Assembly (NCBI GenBank): GCA_965203055.1
Contig: OZ241863.1
Span: 1,344,001 to 1,408,000 of the forward strand
DNA length: 64,000 nt
Origin: Spirochaetia bacterium
GTDB lineage: Bacteria > Spirochaetota > Spirochaetia > SZUA-6 > Bin103
Direction of reading: 5' to 3'
How positions within the stretch are numbered: position 1 is the first letter of the stretch; each line of letters opens with the position of its first letter. Below are positions 61,705-64,000 of the stretch, one piece after another. A model generated the notes under the pieces. The model made no database searches. It worked only from the letters and a program-made list of their open reading frames with translations, and was not told where the DNA came from. The translations under genes were made by a program, and so were the position numbers.

Positions 61705-63273
61705 ATGCGTTCGTTCAACACCGCCGGTCCCGTCAAGTCCGACAAGCACTACTGCATCCCGCCGCTGTCGCGGATCGATCTGGACGAAGTGCTCGGTATG
61801 GTGCGGGAGGAGAAGTACTTCGTGCTGCACGCGCCGCGCCAGACCGGCAAGACCTCGGCGTTGCTGGCGCTGGCCGACTTGCTGAATGAACGCGGCTACC
61901 ACTGCGTGTACGTCACCGTGGAAACCGCCCGCACCGCCCGCGGCGACGTGCAGCAGGCGGTGCAGGTGGTGCTCGCCGCGCTGGCGGAGGCGGCGGACGA
62001 CGCGTTGGACGATCGCTTCCTGGCGGGTGTCCGGGCCGAGATTCTCGCCGATTTCGGGCCGAACATGGCGTTGCGCACCGCTTTGCGGCGCTGGGCGCAG
62101 GCGGCGCCGCGCCCGCTGGTGCTGCTGATCGACGAGATCGATACGCTGGTGGGCGACTCGCTGCTGTCGGTGCTGCAGCAACTCCGCGCCGGCTATCCGG
62201 GCCGCCCGGAGCGCTTCCCGCAGAGCGTCGTGCTGTGCGGCCTGCGCGACGTGCGCGACTACCGCATGGGCGCAACCGGCAGTCCGTTCAACATCGCCGC
62301 GGCGTCGCTGCGGCTGGGCGACTTTTCGCGTGACGAGACGCTGGCCCTGCTTGGCCAGCATACCGAGGCTACCGGCCAGCCGTTCGCGCCGGAGGCGCTG
62401 GAAGCGGTGTGGACGCAGACCTGCGGCCAGCCGTGGCTGGTCAACGCGCTGGCCTACGGCGCCTGCTTCAAGGACAAGACGCTGCGCGACGACCGCTCGC
62501 GCCCGGTCACGGCCGCCGCCATCGCCGCAGTTCGGGAGGATCTCATTGTCAACCGGGTGACCCACCTGGACTACCTGGCCGACAAGCTGCGCGAGGAGCG
62601 CGTGCGGCGGGTGATCGAGCCGATGCTGAGCGGCGGCGCGCGCCGCGCCGTGGCGCGCGATGTCGAGTACGCGCGTGACCTGGGGCTGCTCGCCCGCGAC
62701 AAGTCGGTGCGCATCGCCAACCCGATCTACGCGGAGGTGATACCGCGCGAGCTGGCGTGGGCGGTGCAGGAAGAGTTGACTCAGGAGACGGCGCCGTTCG
62801 TGAAGGCCGACGGCAGCCTTGACGCGGCGCTGCTGCTGTCGGAGTTCCAGAGCTTCTTCCGGCGCCACTCCGAGCACTGGCGCGACCGCTTTGCCTACGC
62901 GGAGGCGTGGCCGCAGTTGCTGCTGCAGGCGTACCTGCAGCGGGTGGTGAACGGGGGCGGGCGGATCGAGCGGGAGTACGCGCTGGGCCGCGGACGGGTC
63001 GACCTGCTGATCGTATGGCCGGTGGGGGAGCGGTCGCTGGCGCAGCGGGTGCAGGAGGTGGTGGTGGAGTGCAAGGTGGTGCGGGAGCGGGACGGGCTGG
63101 AGCGGATCATCGCCGAGGGGGTGGAGCAGACGGCGGGGTACGCGGCGCGCTGCGCGGCGGAGGCGGCGCACCTGGTGGTGATCGACTGCCGGGAGGACCG
63201 CACCTGGGAGGAGAAGATATTCCACCACCGGCGCGCCGCCGCGGCGGCCTCGGTGGAGGTGTGGGGCATGTGA
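61705..63273 (+). CDS. AAA/P-loop ATPase with C-terminal PD-(D/E)XK-like domain (copy 2)
   Basis: Paralogue of 24451-26043: FNTAGPV, HAPRQTGKTS, LLIDEID, REYALGRGRVDLLI..VVECK, VWGM*. Confidence 0.85.
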   Translation: MRSFNTAGPVKSDKHYCIPPLSRIDLDEVLGMVREEKYFVLHAPRQTGKTSALLALADLLNERGYHCVYVTVETARTARGDVQQAVQVVLAALAEAADDALDDRFLAGVRAEILADFGPNMALRTALRRWAQAAPRPLVLLIDEIDTLVGDSLLSVLQQLRAGYPGRPERFPQSVVLCGLRDVRDYRMGATGSPFNIAAASLRLGDFSRDETLALLGQHTEATGQPFAPEALEAVWTQTCGQPWLVNALAYGACFKDKTLRDDRSRPVTAAAIAAVREDLIVNRVTHLDYLADKLREERVRRVIEPMLSGGARRAVARDVEYARDLGLLARDKSVRIANPIYAEVIPRELAWAVQEELTQETAPFVKADGSLDAALLLSEFQSFFRRHSEHWRDRFAYAEAWPQLLLQAYLQRVVNGGGRIEREYALGRGRVDLLIVWPVGERSLAQRVQEVVVECKVVRERDGLERIIAEGVEQTAGYAARCAAEAAHLVVIDCREDRTWEEKIFHHRRAAAAASVEVWGM

Positions 63274-63337
63274 CGAGGGCGGCGCGGCTCTTGCTCGGCG
63301 TTGCTCGGCGCGCCCATGGGTGTGTAGATTCAGGTAG

Positions 63338-64000
63338 ATGATGAACTCGGCAGGCTTGGGCGCCGCGGCGGTACGCCGGCGCGTGATCCTCGGTTTGGCG
63401 GCCGCGTCGCTGCTGCTCACCGGCGCGCCGCAGCCGGCGCTGGCGGAGGCCGCCGCGGTCCTGCGGCACGGCGCGGCGGTCAGCGAGAGCAACGCGCTCG
63501 TCGCCGAGGTGCAGGTAGCGCTGGCGCGCGCGGCGCGGGTGTTCGTCGAGTACGACAACCCCCAGGCCGGCCGCTACCGCACGGCAATGACCGAGCTTGG
63601 CGCCGAGCACGCGATCCCGATCGTCCGGCTGCGCGCCGAGACCACCTACGACTACACGATCTTCGTGCTGGACGGCGAGGAGGCGGTCGCCGGGCCGGAG
63701 GGCCGCTTCACCACCGGACCGCTGCCGCCGCCGCTCGCCGCGGTAACCAGGCGCGTGACCGGCCGCAGCTCGCAGCCCCTCATCATGTCCAACTACCGCC
63801 GCAGCGGCGGACCCGGATTCTTCTCCATCTGGGACGAAGTGGGCGCCACCGTCTGGTACCATGACCAGGCGCCCCAGACCGGGCCGATCAAGCCGCTACC
63901 CGGCGGCAACTTCATCCTTCTGACGCGCGGCGCCATCGTCGAGATCACTCCGCCGGGCGAGGTAGTCAACCGCATCGAGCGCGGCCGCCGCTCGGGGAAT
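63338..64000 (+). CDS. Secreted protein, probably aryl-sulfate sulfotransferase-like (N-terminal part; runs off the window)
   Basis: Open frame from ATG 63338 with a signal peptide, Ig-like segment HAIPIVRLRAETTYDY..FTTGPLP, then IWDEVGATVWY. Confidence 0.55.
   Translation, partial: MMNSAGLGAAAVRRRVILGLAAASLLLTGAPQPALAEAAAVLRHGAAVSESNALVAEVQVALARAARVFVEYDNPQAGRYRTAMTELGAEHAIPIVRLRAETTYDYTIFVLDGEEAVAGPEGRFTTGPLPPPLAAVTRRVTGRSSQPLIMSNYRRSGGPGFFSIWDEVGATVWYHDQAPQTGPIKPLPGGNFILLTRGAIVEITPPGEVVNRIERGRRSGN

Overview
High-GC bacterial window alternating carbohydrate/sulfate-scavenging loci with fragmented defence and mobile genes. The gene content (sulfatases, PhyH dioxygenases, ATPase-less ABC clusters, Rpn, multicopy AAA-nuclease genes) resembles marine sponge-symbiont genomes; this is inference only. 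Defence/mobile content: the 3' part of a BREX-2 pglX; an Rpn nuclease with an internal SD+ATG; a lower-GC island encoding a 2561-aa double sacsin-like ATPase coupled to an SNF2 helicase; two AAA+PD-(D/E)XK paralogues; a DUF1156 methyltransferase; a DISARM-type methyltransferase split by an IS21; an XRE/AbiEii pair; and orphan antitoxins. Two inverted copies of an HNH gene (one pseudogenised) each carry their own leaderless promoter, a palindrome over the -35 and an internal array of 14-nt hairpins. Metabolic content: a sugar ABC+GH32+PfkB locus, a peptide-type ABC+ASPIC/UnbV locus, and a GH117/anhydrogalactonate-cycloisomerase-like locus that includes a tandem two-domain GH117. No rRNA, tRNA or CRISPR array was found. 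Best candidates for undescribed systems: the sacsin-SNF2 pair, the HNH hairpin-array element, the solitary methyltransferases with apparently swapped specificity regions, and a ~200-nt structured unit at 61.4-61.64 kb. All family calls come from motif recognition, not database searches.
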